Assembly: GCA_964016885.1 (NCBI GenBank)
Contig: OZ024740.1
Location: 109,554,001 to 109,618,000 of the forward strand
Reading direction: 5' to 3'
DNA: 64,000 nt
Source of the DNA: Eledone cirrhosa
Lineage: Eukaryota
Shown here one piece after another: positions 13,701 through 25,683 of the stretch. The notes beneath the pieces were generated by a model. It was given only the letters and a program-made list of their open reading frames with translations. It did no database searches and was not told the DNA's origin. Position 1 is the first letter of the stretch, and each line of letters opens with the position of its first letter. The position numbers and the translations under genes were made by a program.

Positions 13701-14039
13701 ATGTTAATTTTTGTCCTATCATTAAAGGTAAGACAAAAATTGACAGGTAACCAATTGAAAAATAAATATCGTAAGTTAAAAGGGGATGAAAAGAAATATA
13801 AAAATGCATAAAAGATATGAATTAATTTTGCACTGAGTAAATTTGAATAGTATCAATAGTCTGTGACACTACTGAGTCTGGTTTTTAACACAATGCTTTG
13901 ATGTTATTGGAAGATAAATATAGCTTTGACAAGTAGAATAAACTATAGTTTAGTAGTTTTGAAATTCTGGTTCGAAAGTTATGAACGCGTTTCAATTTTG
14001 AGATAAAATAAACCAGGGTCATAAGTAGTGTATTTTATC

Positions 14040-14950
14040 ATTTATTGAAGTTATCTTCATCACTACTGCTTGAAGTATCACGTTCACCATCATTGACTTC
14101 ATCTTCGGACTCTTCATCATCTTCACTGGCTCTAATATGCTCATAAAGCTTTCATCCATCTACACAATTCGTCACTTCGTCGCTGCATTGAGAGAAACTA
14201 GTCTGACTGTATAGAGATCCTGCTTATGAATGTTCTTGGCTCGGAGCTTGTAGCACATCATTCCTTCGTCTTTCTACAACGGTATCCTTTTCGCATAAGG
14301 AATCTTTGAACAGATCACAGAGCTGCTTGGACTTGCTTCAGTTGATCACGGTCAACAGCAATGAAACCATTTTTGATATAGCTGTCCATCACATCCCAAG
14401 CAACAGTCCTAGTGTGAGTCGTCCGACAATCTCTGACAAATTTCTGGATTACAGAAGTCACAAAATGAAGATCAGGAACTACCGAAGCCTTTGAATTTCG
14501 ATTTCCAGTCATCTGCTCCGAAATTTCTTCAGTCTCAACAAATTTGATCCAGATTTCGCTGCATAGCTTATTACTTTGACCAAGGACATTTACAGTAAGG
14601 TTCGTGGCATCTATATTCTTCTCCATTCACCCAGGTCTCTTATCACTGTGCAGCACGACATGTTTATAACAAAATTTGGCTTGTACAGAGAGAATATCCA
14701 GCTTCTCCTTGGTAAGGCTCCTAGGTTGATTTTTTTTTTTTTCACAAAACTCTCGACAGATTCGAGAAATAGTTTAGCCACAACATTATGCTTCTTCTTG
14801 GGAGTGAAAGAAACATTTCCCTGTATTTTGTTTCTTCTCAGCTTCAAAACACGATCTTCAACCTGGTCCTTTTCTTCATTTCTTTCCATAACTTTTGATC
14901 TGGAGAGAAGAGAAAAAAATAATGGTACAAAAGAAAGATCTCAATGAGTT
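14040..14950 (-). pseudogene. Degraded coding remnant, possibly a Tc1/IS630-like transposase (HTH region and acidic tail)
   Basis: Broken ORFs 14315-14889, SVQRFLMRKGYR after a stop, and an acidic DEESEDE tail. No catalytic DDE residues were seen. Confidence 0.3.
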
Positions 14951-15367
14951 CTATTCAACGATATAATGGGTTTAAACTAACATTAAAAACTGACTGAGTA
15001 AAATACAAAATAGGCTTCAATGGTGTCGCAGACTGTAAATATCAATTAAATATATTATAAAAAATGAACAGAAAAGATTGTGTTGACATATATTAGAAAT
15101 ACAAAAATTTATGAAGTATGTGGGTGGTACCTGTTAGAACTATCTTTTGAATTTCATAGAAGCTAGGTTTAAAAAAACTTTTAAACACCTTTCTTTATGA
15201 TACCTAGAGCCCCTATCACAATCAGAATAGTTGGGGGTTTTAAGGTGCCACATTCTGTTTATCTCAATTACAAGATCTTTGTATTTTGCAAGTTTCTCAT
15301 ACTCTTTTGCTAACAGACAATACAGTCATGTCAATGAGTAAGCAGGTCTTGTTACTTTTTGATCTTT

Positions 15368-15480
15368 AATAATTGTTTCTACTTTTGGCACAAGGCCAGC
15401 AATTATCCCAATGTATTACTGCTACTTTATTTTATCGACCCCGTAAGGATGAAAGGCAAAGTTAACCTCGGCGGGATTCA
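15368..15480 (+). mobile_element. SINE-like repeat fragment (TTTATCGACCCC..GGATGAAAGGCAAAGT family)
   Basis: An inverted partner lies at 15618-15725. Further copies are near 49545-49620 and 62255-62330. Confidence 0.75.
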
Positions 15481-15617
15481 GGGCAGTTTGAATTAATGGT
15501 AAGATCTGTGTGGGTGGTAAAGGCCCAAAGGATTGTTATTCCTGCAGTTTCAGTTAGTGATTGTGGTGTGTGTTCATGCCAGTTTTCTGTATGTTCTGTA
15601 TTATATTTTTGGCCATT

Positions 15618-15725
15618 CTGAGGTTAACTTTGCCTTTCATCCTTACAGGGTCGATAAAATAAAGTACCAGTAATGCACTGGATAATTGCTGGCCTTGTGC
15701 CTTGTGCCAAAAGTAGAAACAATTA
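15618..15725 (-). mobile_element. SINE-like repeat fragment, inverted relative to 15368-15480
   Basis: Reverse-complement match over ~100 bp, with a small extra ggcacaa duplication. Confidence 0.75.
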
Positions 15726-15900
15726 TATTTTTTGCATATTATCCAGTGGATGTATTGGCTCACCCTATCATGTCTAATTTTATATTCAGTTGGTGTTAGT
15801 GTGGGGCATTCTGATATTATATGATCAATAGTTTCAAGTTGTCCATCACATATCCTGCATTTGGGGTCTGCTCCATTTCTGAGAATATTTGGCTGATAAG
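15726..15900 (-). pseudogene. R4/Dong-like non-LTR fragment (CCHC region)
   Basis: Minus strand reads HIISECPTLTPTEYKIRHDRVSQYIHWIICKKY. Confidence 0.65.
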
Positions 15901-15959
15901 TCCTAGTAAAGAGATTTTGGTCCTGGGCAGTGAAAATAAAGAAATGTGTTTACTGCTCG

Positions 15960-16450
15960 TTTTTGTTTTTGCATATGCACGATCCATGTCTCACAGCCAT
16001 AAAGAAACACTGGCAGACATAGTGTATTATACATCTGTAACTTCAGATAAATACTGATGCTTGCTTTCCAAATCTGTTGAAGGTCATTCATTTCCTTGTA
16101 AGCTAATGCTCTCCTGTGAACTATGACTTCCTCACCAGTGTGATTACAGCTGACGTCCTTTGAGCCGAAGTAGATAAAGCTAACAGTTCTTCTGAGTTTA
16201 GCATTATTTGCAAATATTCCATTATCGTTATCAATCTTTAAACACATCCTCAGTTTTTGCGACATTTAGTTCCAGGCGCTTCGTATATTATATGATCTTG
16301 TACTTTCTGTATTGAAGTCGCAATTAAATCGTCATCTGTGAATGCCAGGTTTGATTACTTGATACGACATGTGAACTCAATGCTGTCTTTGGGATGGGCT
16401 GCTGCCATACATATACCACAACAAAGATGATAAATACAGAAAGGTTGAAA
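15960..16450 (-). pseudogene. Old RTE-like RT fragment
   Basis: SFIYFGS and LKLQMYNTLCLPVFLYGCETW motifs. Confidence 0.7.
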
Positions 16451-17788
16451 TCTAACCTGGACCTTCTCATATTGATTAAAATCGATATAATCAATTAAAA
16501 TCTCAGATAGGTTTCTGGTACATCTGGAAGTTATACAAGTTGCATTATGTCCATGCAATACATGTGTGCTCTTCTACAATGGAATCGGAGATCCCTTCAT
16601 TGGCAGACTTTGTTCCTTGTATCCTACGTTTGGTCTGACAACAGAGGCATTCTAGCCATAGTAGTAATCCTGAGGAAGGTCATGTTGGTCGAAGTTTTGG
16701 CAGTTGTTTAGAGGGTATGAAAACAAAGGGATTTTCATTGCCTAAGTACAAAAGCTTTCAACTAGTGTGTTTAGCAAAAAACAACTGAACTGTTAGATGC
16801 ATATATGAAACCAGGAAAATATTCCTCTCCCCATTCTTCTGTGACACTAGAGTCCTTGCCTTTCCCTTCCTTTTCCATTTTTTTATATTTTCTTATTTCG
16901 CATTTCATTTTTTCTTTTGAATCTCTTTTTTCCTTTTTCTGTTAAATTGTTTTTAATACCCATGTTGATTTCAAAAGCCTCAGTGTTTTTTTAATTTTAT
17001 TATTAAAGTGATAAATTATTGTGTTAACTGTATAGTTAAGTATGTGTCAACACTCTCTAACAGGCCACACAGGCAGGGAATGATGGTGGTAGTGGTGTAT
17101 GATTTTATCTTTTTATAATAATTTAATAATAAAGGTGATAATTGTTGGGTATATGATGAATGACATGTATCATTTTCGGTAGATTCATATTTTCATAGAC
17201 ACAACATACACATGCATACACACACTCACACATAGACAGACACATGCATAGACATACATATAGATGTACACATGCACATAGATATTCACATGCATATAGA
17301 TGCACACATGCACATAAACAGACTTGCACTAGATACATAAATAGTAAAACACATGCAAGGCCATATTAACACATGGTAGGGTGGGTGGGGGGGACTTCTG
17401 GCACTTCATTTTTTACTCCTCTGCAGCAAAAAATGTTGACCTCATGTGGAAGAGTGCAAAGATTAAGGGACCCCTAGGTTGCAGCCTAGCCAGCCTTATG
17501 AATAAGACAGTGGGCGGGTAGGTTGATTCATGTACATTTCTATACCTATTCCTGTTTGAATGTATGACATGTTCTTTTGTTTTATTTGGGTTATTACTTT
17601 TCAGGGTGGGGGTGGAGGGTCAGGCCATCCCCCCACCCTGCTTTAGCAGGGGTAGCTTTGTATGTCTCATGACAGGTTTCATACATATTATGGGGTCCTT
17701 TTTGAGGCAATGTTTTATGGCTAGATGTTCTTCCTGTCAGCAACCCTTTCAGTCACCTCTTGTGACAGACAGGAATACAGTGTATCTA

Positions 17789-17887
17789 TGCTAAACTAGA
17801 CACAGTAACTTTTGCTAAACTAGACACAGTAACTTTTGCTAAACTACACACAGTAACTCTATGTTAAACTATACATAGTAACTTTTC
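17789..17887 (+). repeat. Tandem repeat, ~25-bp unit x4
   Basis: TGCTAAACTAGACACAGTAACTTT repeated head to tail with no spacers. Confidence 0.9.
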
Positions 17888-19817
17888 ACAATTAATGTCT
17901 GACAGTTGAAATGTGCTTCATCAAAGAGAATATAATGTCTGTCCACCACTGACCATCAATGGAATGGAGGACGCACACAGTTGATGGAAGACCTAGGAAA
18001 GCTTGGGATGAAATGATAAAAGCTGACTTTGCCCAATTAGATATCTCAAAGGAGATGACACAGGATCAGGTCCTCTGGCATTATGCTGTACTGCAGAAGA
18101 TCCGCCCTCCCATGTGCACATGATGAAACAAACATGTAGAGGTCTGCACCAATCTTCTCCCTACCCCTCCTCCACTCACCTTTATAATACTCCCCATTAG
18201 CTAAATATCCATGTCCATGTCTAACTTGTGAACTGGTCTCTCCCATCTCTTACTTCTGATACACTTATTTCTGATACACTTCTAATGCCCAACCCATAGA
18301 TACAAGAATGGAAAGCTGGACACTCCACATACAATCTCCCTCAAACTATCCACTAAGATGAAATGATGCTGTAAGTTCTCACAACATAACTTAAAAATCA
18401 AGAAAATATTAAACTATTAAAGAAATAAGTGAAATGAATACAAGATGAAGAACACAAGAGGTCTAGTTCCTAAAACAATAATAATAAAGAAAATACCCAA
18501 TCTATTTAAGAAATAAGCGAAATGAATCCATGATCATAATCATCGTCATCATCATCATCATCATTTAATGTCCATCTTCCACACTAGTATGGGTTAGACG
18601 GGTTTGTCTCACTTGAGGCAAGATTGGTCAGGTGACTGTGTCTCGCTCATATAGAACTGTTTCTGGCTGGTTTCCTATGGCTGGATGCACTTCCTAACAC
18701 CAAGCACATTTACAGTGTGAAGTGGGAGCCTTTCTACTGTGTCTCCTACATGACCACTTTACAGTGTGCACTGGGTGCTTTTTGTCATGACACCTACATG
18801 ACCACTTTACAGAAAAATATAAATAAAGGCAATGCAAAAGGTATAAATCTCAGTGTTATTAACACAAAATAAATGATATATACACATGAATGTAAAACGT
18901 AATTAAGATTAAATATGTATCCTATGTACAATTAAGATTACATAATATATACACGAACCTACAACTATAAAAATTCAACCAAATAATCAGATTATCAAAA
19001 TAAAAGAAAGTATGACTTACCTACTGGATCATTAAAAAAAATATGACCATTCTTCAAGGCAAACACAGAAAAAGTGAGGAAATAAGCACTGTGGCACCAC
19101 TATCTGATGAGCCCCAGTCAAGTATTGGTTAAACCAAAAGACTAACAAAGATTTTTAGAATTTTATTACCTATAAACAAAGCTAAATACCAAAGTAGGTC
19201 ATATCATACAGTCATGCAAACGGTTTAAATTTTTAGTTTCAATGTAAAATTACACACCCTTTATTTTGTTTACAAAAATTTACTTAGATCTCAAGCAAAT
19301 AAATAAAAATTAATATAAAATAAAATTAAATTCCAAGCCATATCAAACATTTCACTGATCCAAACATTTTGCTGAATTAAACATTTCTCCTTGAATCCTT
19401 GTCCTGCCATATGTTTTAAAAGTTTATTCACTGCCTCCACATTCATCTGGCTATTAATTCTACCTTGGCTAGAAAACACATTGAATCCTAAAGATACTGG
19501 CATACAGCTAGATGCAAAGGACATCCACCACCTCAAAGCTAAACTCCTTAGTCTTATTGTAGACCTTTGTAACTATCATCTCGCCTATTTTGATAGTGAT
19601 GTCTAAATAACACAGTGTAACATATCTTATGTTCCCCGGTTATAAGTGTCATTTCATGGTTTGTTATATCCAATTATTATAAAAAAAACACTATTATTTA
19701 ATCAGAAGTTTGGGTTTGTGGTCAGGAGTTTGATATTTCGAAATTTTCATATTTTTCAAGAAAAAACACATTTAAAAAATTTTTATCAGTTCATATAATT
19801 AAATTAACAGAGTATAT

Positions 19818-20273
19818 CATCATCACCGTTATACGTCCGTTCTTCCACGCTAGCATGGGTTAGACGGGTTGTCCTGTTGTGGGCAGTGTCTGGTCGGCTG
19901 ACCATGCCTTGCTCATACAGGAACTGATTTGGCTTGATTTGTACAGCTGGATGCCCTTCCTAACACCACCCTCATTTACAGTGAGTGCTGGGTGCTTTTA
20001 TGTGGCGCCTACACGTCCACTTTACAGTGTGGGCTGGGTGCTTTTTTGCCGTGGCACCTCCACGACCACCTTGCAGTAGGGGGTGTGGGGGCATATTGTC
20101 TATATGCTTCAGCTTGTATCCATGGGAGGTCGGGTACTCTGTATTACTGCGTGGCGCCAGAGGTCACGGTCGTGTGTCGTCACCTTTGAGAGTGTAATTG
20201 GGTAAGGTCGACTTTTATCACCTCATCCCAGGTCATCTTGGGTCTCCCCACTCCGCGGTTTCCATCGACTGCT
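19818..20273 (-). mobile_element. RTE 3'-end fragment nested in the Chapaev3 element
   Basis: (CAT)n tail and GGATGCCCTTCCTAACACC motif. AGTATAT is duplicated at 19811-19817 and 20274-20280 as a probable TSD. Confidence 0.85.
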
Positions 20274-20290
20274 AGTATATATTTATTTTA

Positions 20291-21400
20291 TTACACAAGC
20301 TTATCAAAAGCATACAAGTAAAAACAAATAACACTTATAAAGCAACTTATACACGTCTGAAATGACTGGATTTCCTGGATTTGCGGTTGTAATCCAGGTC
20401 GCATTCCCACACTAGCCCCCAGATATAGTCCCCCCATCATTTTTTCATTGTAGTGGCCCTGGTACCTCCGCTCTATCTCTTTCACATCTTGGTGGAATCG
20501 TTCGCCTTGTTCTTCTGAGTAGGCGCCCATATTGTCCTTGAATTTTTCCAGGTGAGCGTCCAGGATATGGAGTTTAAGTGACATCCTGCATCCCATGGCG
20601 CCAAAAGCCTTTATCAGATCCTGCACCAGTTGCTGGTAGTTTTCAGCTCTGTAGTTGCCCAGGAAGCCCTTAAAAACTGCCTTGAAACAGTTCCATGCTG
20701 TTCTCTCAATCCTATTGAGCTTATTGGAAAACTCGGTAGACTCAAACACCTTCTTTATCTGAGGTCCAACAAAAATTCCACCTTTGATTTTGGCCTCAGA
20801 TAACTTGGGGAAGAACTCAAGAAGGTACTTAAAAGCGGCTGATTCTTGGTTGACAGCCTTCACAGACTGCTTCATCAACCCCAACTTAATGTCCAGTGGC
20901 GGCATGAGCACAATCCTGGGATCAACCAGTGGCTCCCACATGACGTTCCGGGTCCCAACTACAAATTCTGTTCGCTGCTCCCAGTTCTTTCTTTTGTCGT
21001 GGTCAGAGGTGGCTCTGCTGTCCCAAAGGCAGAGGAAGCATTGGAATTTGATAAAGTATCTTTGGAGTCCAAGCAGGAAAGCCACCATCTTGAAGTCTTC
21101 AATGATTTCCCAATTGTACTGGTTGTATTGCAGAGCTTCCAAGAGGACTTTCACACTGTAGTAATCTTCCTTCAGGCACACTGAATGAGCTAGGGGTAGT
21201 GTCGGGAATTTTTTTCCATTGTGGAGGAGGACAGCCTTCAAACTTGTGGTGGAGCTGTCTATAAACGGCACCCCAATAACGTCAAACAGTCCAGGCACGT
21301 CATGGCAGAAGCAGAGGCCATACCAAAGAGTGTAAAAGCCTGAGAAAGGTTCGCGTCGACTTCTCTTGTCACCTGCACTTCTTCCTTGACCAAGTCCCAC
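20291..21400 (-). CDS. Chapaev3-like transposase (N-terminally truncated, probably inactive)
   Basis: FIDSS..SLKAVLLHNG, CFLCLWDSRA, PPLxIKLGLMKQ, KLSEAKIKGGIFVGPQI, MSLKLH and SEEQGERFHQD. The C-terminus is frameshifted after ERRYQG. Confidence 0.85.
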   Translation of the reverse strand: MGLGQGRSAGDKRSRREPFSGFYTLWYGLCFCHDVPGLFDVIGVPFIDSSTTSLKAVLLHNGKKFPTLPLAHSVCLKEDYYSVKVLLEALQYNQYNWEIIEDFKMVAFLLGLQRYFIKFQCFLCLWDSRATSDHDKRKNWEQRTEFVVGTRNVMWEPLVDPRIVLMPPLDIKLGLMKQSVKAVNQESAAFKYLLEFFPKLSEAKIKGGIFVGPQIKKVFESTEFSNKLNRIERTAWNCFKAVFKGFLGNYRAENYQQLVQDLIKAFGAMGCRMSLKLHILDAHLEKFKDNMGAYSEEQGERFHQDVKEIERRYQGHYNEKMMGGLYLGASVGMRPGLQPQIQEIQSFQTCISCFISVICFYLYAFDKLV

Positions 21401-21981
21401 TGCTTCATCCTGGAGACGAATGCTTAAAACACAACTTACCCTTTATTCAGGGTGCTAAAATCCAGTGTCAATAAATCTCTTTAATCCACTTTTTAATAAT
21501 TTTATACTTTATTGCACTTTTATAATTTTCTTAGGTATTACTCTTTATTTTATAATTTTAATTTAACCTGAAACATATATAAAAAAAATCATTTAACATA
21601 AGCAAATTAAACTTACATACAACGTAAAATCCAGCATACAAATAATTCTAGTGAATAGCTTAGAATTTTTACAAACCCAAACTTTTAACTGTTTAATAGC
21701 ACTTTTTTATTTATTTGGGACCTAAGCAACACAAAAAAAGTGATTACAAGCCAGGAACAGATAATTTTTTTTTTGTTATTAGGTGTAATTAACCTTGTTA
21801 ATGTCACATCCATTCCTATTCACCTCTAAACTCTTTGGTTATATCTTGTGCAACAAACCCTCGAAATGTCTATAATTAGGAACAACTACATCATCAATAT
21901 ACCTACAACATCCACCCAACTGCCCTAATTCTGTTCTCTTAAGCTTCCTTAAACCCTATGTATATCTATATATGCATATAT

Positions 21982-22669
21982 CATCATCATCATCATCATC
22001 AACGTTTAACGTCCGTGTTCCACGCTTGCATGGGTTTGGACGGGGGTAGTCCCACTTGAGGCAAGAGTGATTGTCTTGCTCGCATAGGACTGTCTGGCAG
22101 GTTTTCTACAGTTGGATGCCCTTCCTAACACCAACCACATTTACAGTGTGGGTCTGGGAGGTTTTTACCGTGTTGCCTACACGGCCACATTACAGCGTGG
22201 ACTGTGTGTTTTTTTGTCGTGACACCTACACGATCTCATTTGTTTCGGCCTCGATGGCGCGGCACCAACATAACTTTACATAGAACGGGGTGGTGTGGAT
22301 CGGGTGGGGGTGGTGGGACGGGGTGTATTGTTAGAGATGCCTACTGGCTGGAGTAGGTTTTACTATATATTTAGGTAAGGCGGGTCTTCTCTGTTACTGA
22401 GTACCGCCAAAGGTCTCGGTCCAGTGACATTGTCTTGGAGAGGTGTAAGTGTGTGATGTCGGAGTTTATCAGCTCGTCCCAGGTTTTTCTAGGTCTGCCT
22501 ATTCCGTGACTACCGTCTATCTTTATTGCCCTGCACTTTGTTATACAGCTATCGACTTTCATGCGCATCACGTGTCCATACCAACGTAGCCTTCTCTCGA
22601 GTAAACAACATCTGATCCCTCTTATCTCTAATTTATTCCTTAGTTCGTTTATGCTTTGCCGTTCACGTA
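21982..22669 (-). mobile_element. Young RTE 3' fragment
   Basis: Nearly identical to 42187-42877. It has a (CAT)n tail and its 5' end abuts (TA)n. Confidence 0.95.
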
Positions 22670-22736
22670 TATATATATATATATAAAATAAAGTTAAATA
22701 AAAAGTCAAATGTTTAAAATTTAGCTTCGTTTATTG

Positions 22737-22791
22737 CTGCTATATATATATTTCAGTGACAGCCATCTTTGGCTGTGACCTCTTCAGGCAG
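22737..22791 (-). ncRNA. Type I hammerhead ribozyme (left-arm copy)
   Basis: Exact reverse complement of 25629-25683. Confidence 0.85.
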
Positions 22792-23700
22792 TCCGAATTA
22801 GTGTGGTATAGACAAGTACATATGTTGTTGAGGTGTATAATATTGTCAATACTCTGATATGCCCAGTTCCTGGTTGGGTTGTTATTTCACTGAGGAACTG
22901 GAATCATGAATTCAAACAAACGAATTTCAGTGTCAAAGGGCCTCTTCTCCTCTCATTGGTCAGTTGTTAGAACATTCCTCATTCTAAGTGTTGTTATTGT
23001 TGGAGTTAGCTTAAAAAATTGATAAAGTGGTAGAAGGGACAAGGTGTTAAAGGAACAAAATAACAAAAAAAGTGTCAAACTTCTCATTGGTCAGCTCTGA
23101 GAGCATTCCTCAGTCAGAAGTCTATAGAATTCTTTCTGTAGTGTTTGTGTTTGCTATTGTTAAGTACATTTGACCTCTACCATTATTTTGGTAGTGTTGT
23201 TGGTGTTGTGGTCAGCTTATGTCTTGCTTTTGTTGACAATTTAGAAGTATCTGTGTGTGTTTTTTCTTCATCTCTCCTGCCACCATCTCTCATAGTGGTG
23301 GTGGTGGTGGGGGGGGGGGGTTCTTCCATGTATATGAAGAAATATAGGGCAATAAATGAAGAAAACAGAAAATAAATAATATAATTTGTATAATTTGAAA
23401 ATAGAGAATAAAGAATAAAGAATAAATGAAAAATTGGTGAAAAAGTAATGAAAATGAATATGGAGAAGTGAAAAATAAAATGAAGATTCAAATAAAGTAG
23501 GATAAAGTGTGTGTGTGCTATAACCAATCTCAAGGTTAGAAATATGTTGGATAGATTGGTATGAGGAAACAAGATGTTAAAATAAGATAATCAAACAAAA
23601 TGTGTTTGTGTAATAATCAATCTCAACTTAAAAATAAATATAAGGTGATACAGTGAAGAGGGCAGAAAACAAATAACAAATTAATAAAGAGAAATCAGGA

Positions 23701-24447
23701 GCACTTGATAAATGCTTCCCGAGGGACCACAGATACCACAGGATCTTCAACAGACACACTGTGAAGCTCTCGTATTCCACCACGAGAGATCTGGCCCAAC
23801 ATATAGCTAGCATCAACAGGAGTAGGCTTAAAAACCACACACAACCAGAAGATGGCAATACAAACACTCAGCAGAACCATGTGAAAGGAGGGAAGGGGGG
23901 ATCCAGAGCCCACCCAAGAAACCCAAACAGACCCGGGGACCCCTCACCGTGCCTGGGGGAAGACCAATATGTAACTCATAATGGAAACCCTAATCTAGGC
24001 ACGCAGAGGTCGACCACCCTCTGCAACTGCAGAAACTCCGAATCATGCCCCCTTGGTAATGAATGCCTCAAGAAGAACCTAGTATACGGTTGTAGGGTTA
24101 AAACCCCCAACTCCGAACACCTCTACATAGGAGCCACATCAACGAGCTTTAAAGACTGCTGGTACAACCATTGCCATTCATTCAATAAGGAGGCCAAAAG
24201 GAAAAGCACGGCTCTCTCCGACCTGATCTGGAAGCTTAAGCTGGAGAGAACCCCGTACTCTCTGGCCTGGTACATAATCAGGAAAGTACCACCCGATAAA
24301 GGGGGATCTTGCATATGCAAACTATGCCTGAACGAGACCCTCGAGATACTAAGAGGTGGAAGCGGCCTGATAAACCTCAGAACCGACTTCTTCGGGACAT
24401 GCAGACACCTGAGAGCCGGGACCTTCCTTAAGATATATGGACAGTAG
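23701..24447 (+). CDS. Penelope-like ORF C-terminus (linker plus GIY-YIG endonuclease), 5'-truncated
   Basis: Open from the inversion junction: ALDKCFP..HRIFNRHTVKLSYS, CNCRNSESCPLGNECL, LVY..LYIG, FKDCWYNH, CKLCLNE and CRH. Confidence 0.88.
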   Translation, partial: ALDKCFPRDHRYHRIFNRHTVKLSYSTTRDLAQHIASINRSRLKNHTQPEDGNTNTQQNHVKGGKGGSRAHPRNPNRPGDPSPCLGEDQYVTHNGNPNLGTQRSTTLCNCRNSESCPLGNECLKKNLVYGCRVKTPNSEHLYIGATSTSFKDCWYNHCHSFNKEAKRKSTALSDLIWKLKLERTPYSLAWYIIRKVPPDKGGSCICKLCLNETLEILRGGSGLINLRTDFFGTCRHLRAGTFLKIYGQ

Positions 24448-25628
24448 CAACACAAGAAGATGTGAACTCCCCTCAAGCTATAGGGACTTCTACTGAACAT
24501 GTAAACACCTCTCAGCCAGACCTCCCTCAAGCTATATGGGCAGTAACAACACCCTAGGTTGTGAACTCCCCTCAAGCCATAGGGAACAACCCAGGCTGAG
24601 CAGACACCATGATAGCCTAGAGATTGAATTGGACACAGCCATTATAATTTGGCCAACATCTATATAACACAAACACTTTTAATTTACTTGATTTCTGACT
24701 TTCAAGTCCCAATTTTAAATCCTGATTTCTCTTTATTAATTTGTTATTTGTTTTCTGCCCTCTTCATTGTATCACCTTATATTTATTTTTAAGTTGAGAT
24801 TGATTATTACACAAACACATTTTGTTTGATTATCTAATTTTAACATCTTGTTTCCTCATACCAATCTATCCAACATATTTCTGACCTTGAGATTGGTTAT
24901 AGCACACACACACTTTATCCTACTTTATTTGAATCTTCATTTTATTTTTCACTTCTCCATATTCATTTTCATTACTTTTTCACCAATTTTTCATTTATTC
25001 TTTATTCTTTATTCTCTATTTATTTTCAAATTATACAAATTATATTATTTATTTTCTGTTTTCTTCATTTATTGCCCTATATTTCTTCATATACATGGAA
25101 GAACCCCCCCCCCCCCCCCCCACTATGAGAGATGGTGGCAGGAGAGATGAAGAAAAAACACACACAGATACTTCTAAATTGTCAACAAAAGCAAGACATA
25201 AGCTGACCACAACACCAACAACACTACCAAAATAATGGTAGAGGTCAAATGTACTTAACAATAGCAAACACAAACACTACAGAAAGAATTCTATAGACTT
25301 CTGACTGAGGAATGCTCTCAGAACTGACCAATGGGAAGTTTGACACTTTTTTTGTTATTTTGTTCCTTTAACACCTTGTCCCTTCTACCACTTTATCAAT
25401 TTTTTAAGCTAACTCCAACAATAACAACACTTAGAATGAGGAATGTTCTAACAACTGACCAATGAGAGGAGAAGAGGCCCTTTGACACAGAAATTCATTT
25501 GTTTGAATTCATATGATTCCAGTTCCTCAGTGAAATAACAACCCAACCAGGAACTGGGCATATCAGAGTATTGACAATATTATACACCTCAACAACATAT
25601 GTACTTGTCTATACCACACTAATTCGGA

Positions 25629-25683
25629 CTGCCTGAAGAGGTCACAGCCAAAGATGGCTGTCACTGAAATATATATATAGCAG
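25629..25683 (+). ncRNA. Type I hammerhead ribozyme (right-arm copy)
   Basis: Stem I CTGC/GCAG; CTGAAGA; stem II GGTCACAGCCA-AAGA-TGGCTGTCACT; GAAA; self-complementary (TA)5 stem III; predicted AUA cleavage after 25679. Confidence 0.88.

Larger units (their letters stand above)
19611..21785 (-). mobile_element. Chapaev3-type (CMC) DNA transposon with both termini
   Basis: Begins CAC (19611) and ends GTG (21785), with TAA on both sides. Imperfect inverted ends share TAACA..TGTTCC.GG and AAGTTTGGGTTTGT. Contains the transposase ORF. Confidence 0.8.

Noticed and set aside
16670-16694. Hammerhead-like CTGAGGA..GAAG
   Set aside because: GAAA is mutated and no stem I or III was found.
13015-17510. 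One large hAT element spanning both hAT-like ends
   Set aside because: The ends are too degenerate and no 8-bp duplication could be identified.
17789-17887. CRISPR-like 25-bp repeats
   Set aside because: No unique spacers, no cas genes and a eukaryotic context. The same applies to 50963-51115 and 52541-52645.
19104-19135. CTGATGAGCCCC core
   Set aside because: No downstream GAAA or stems.
23145-25273. Duplicated small hydrophobic ORFs (76/74 aa and 129/100 aa)
   Set aside because: They arise from the AT-rich inverted arms, and indels between the arms break the frames.
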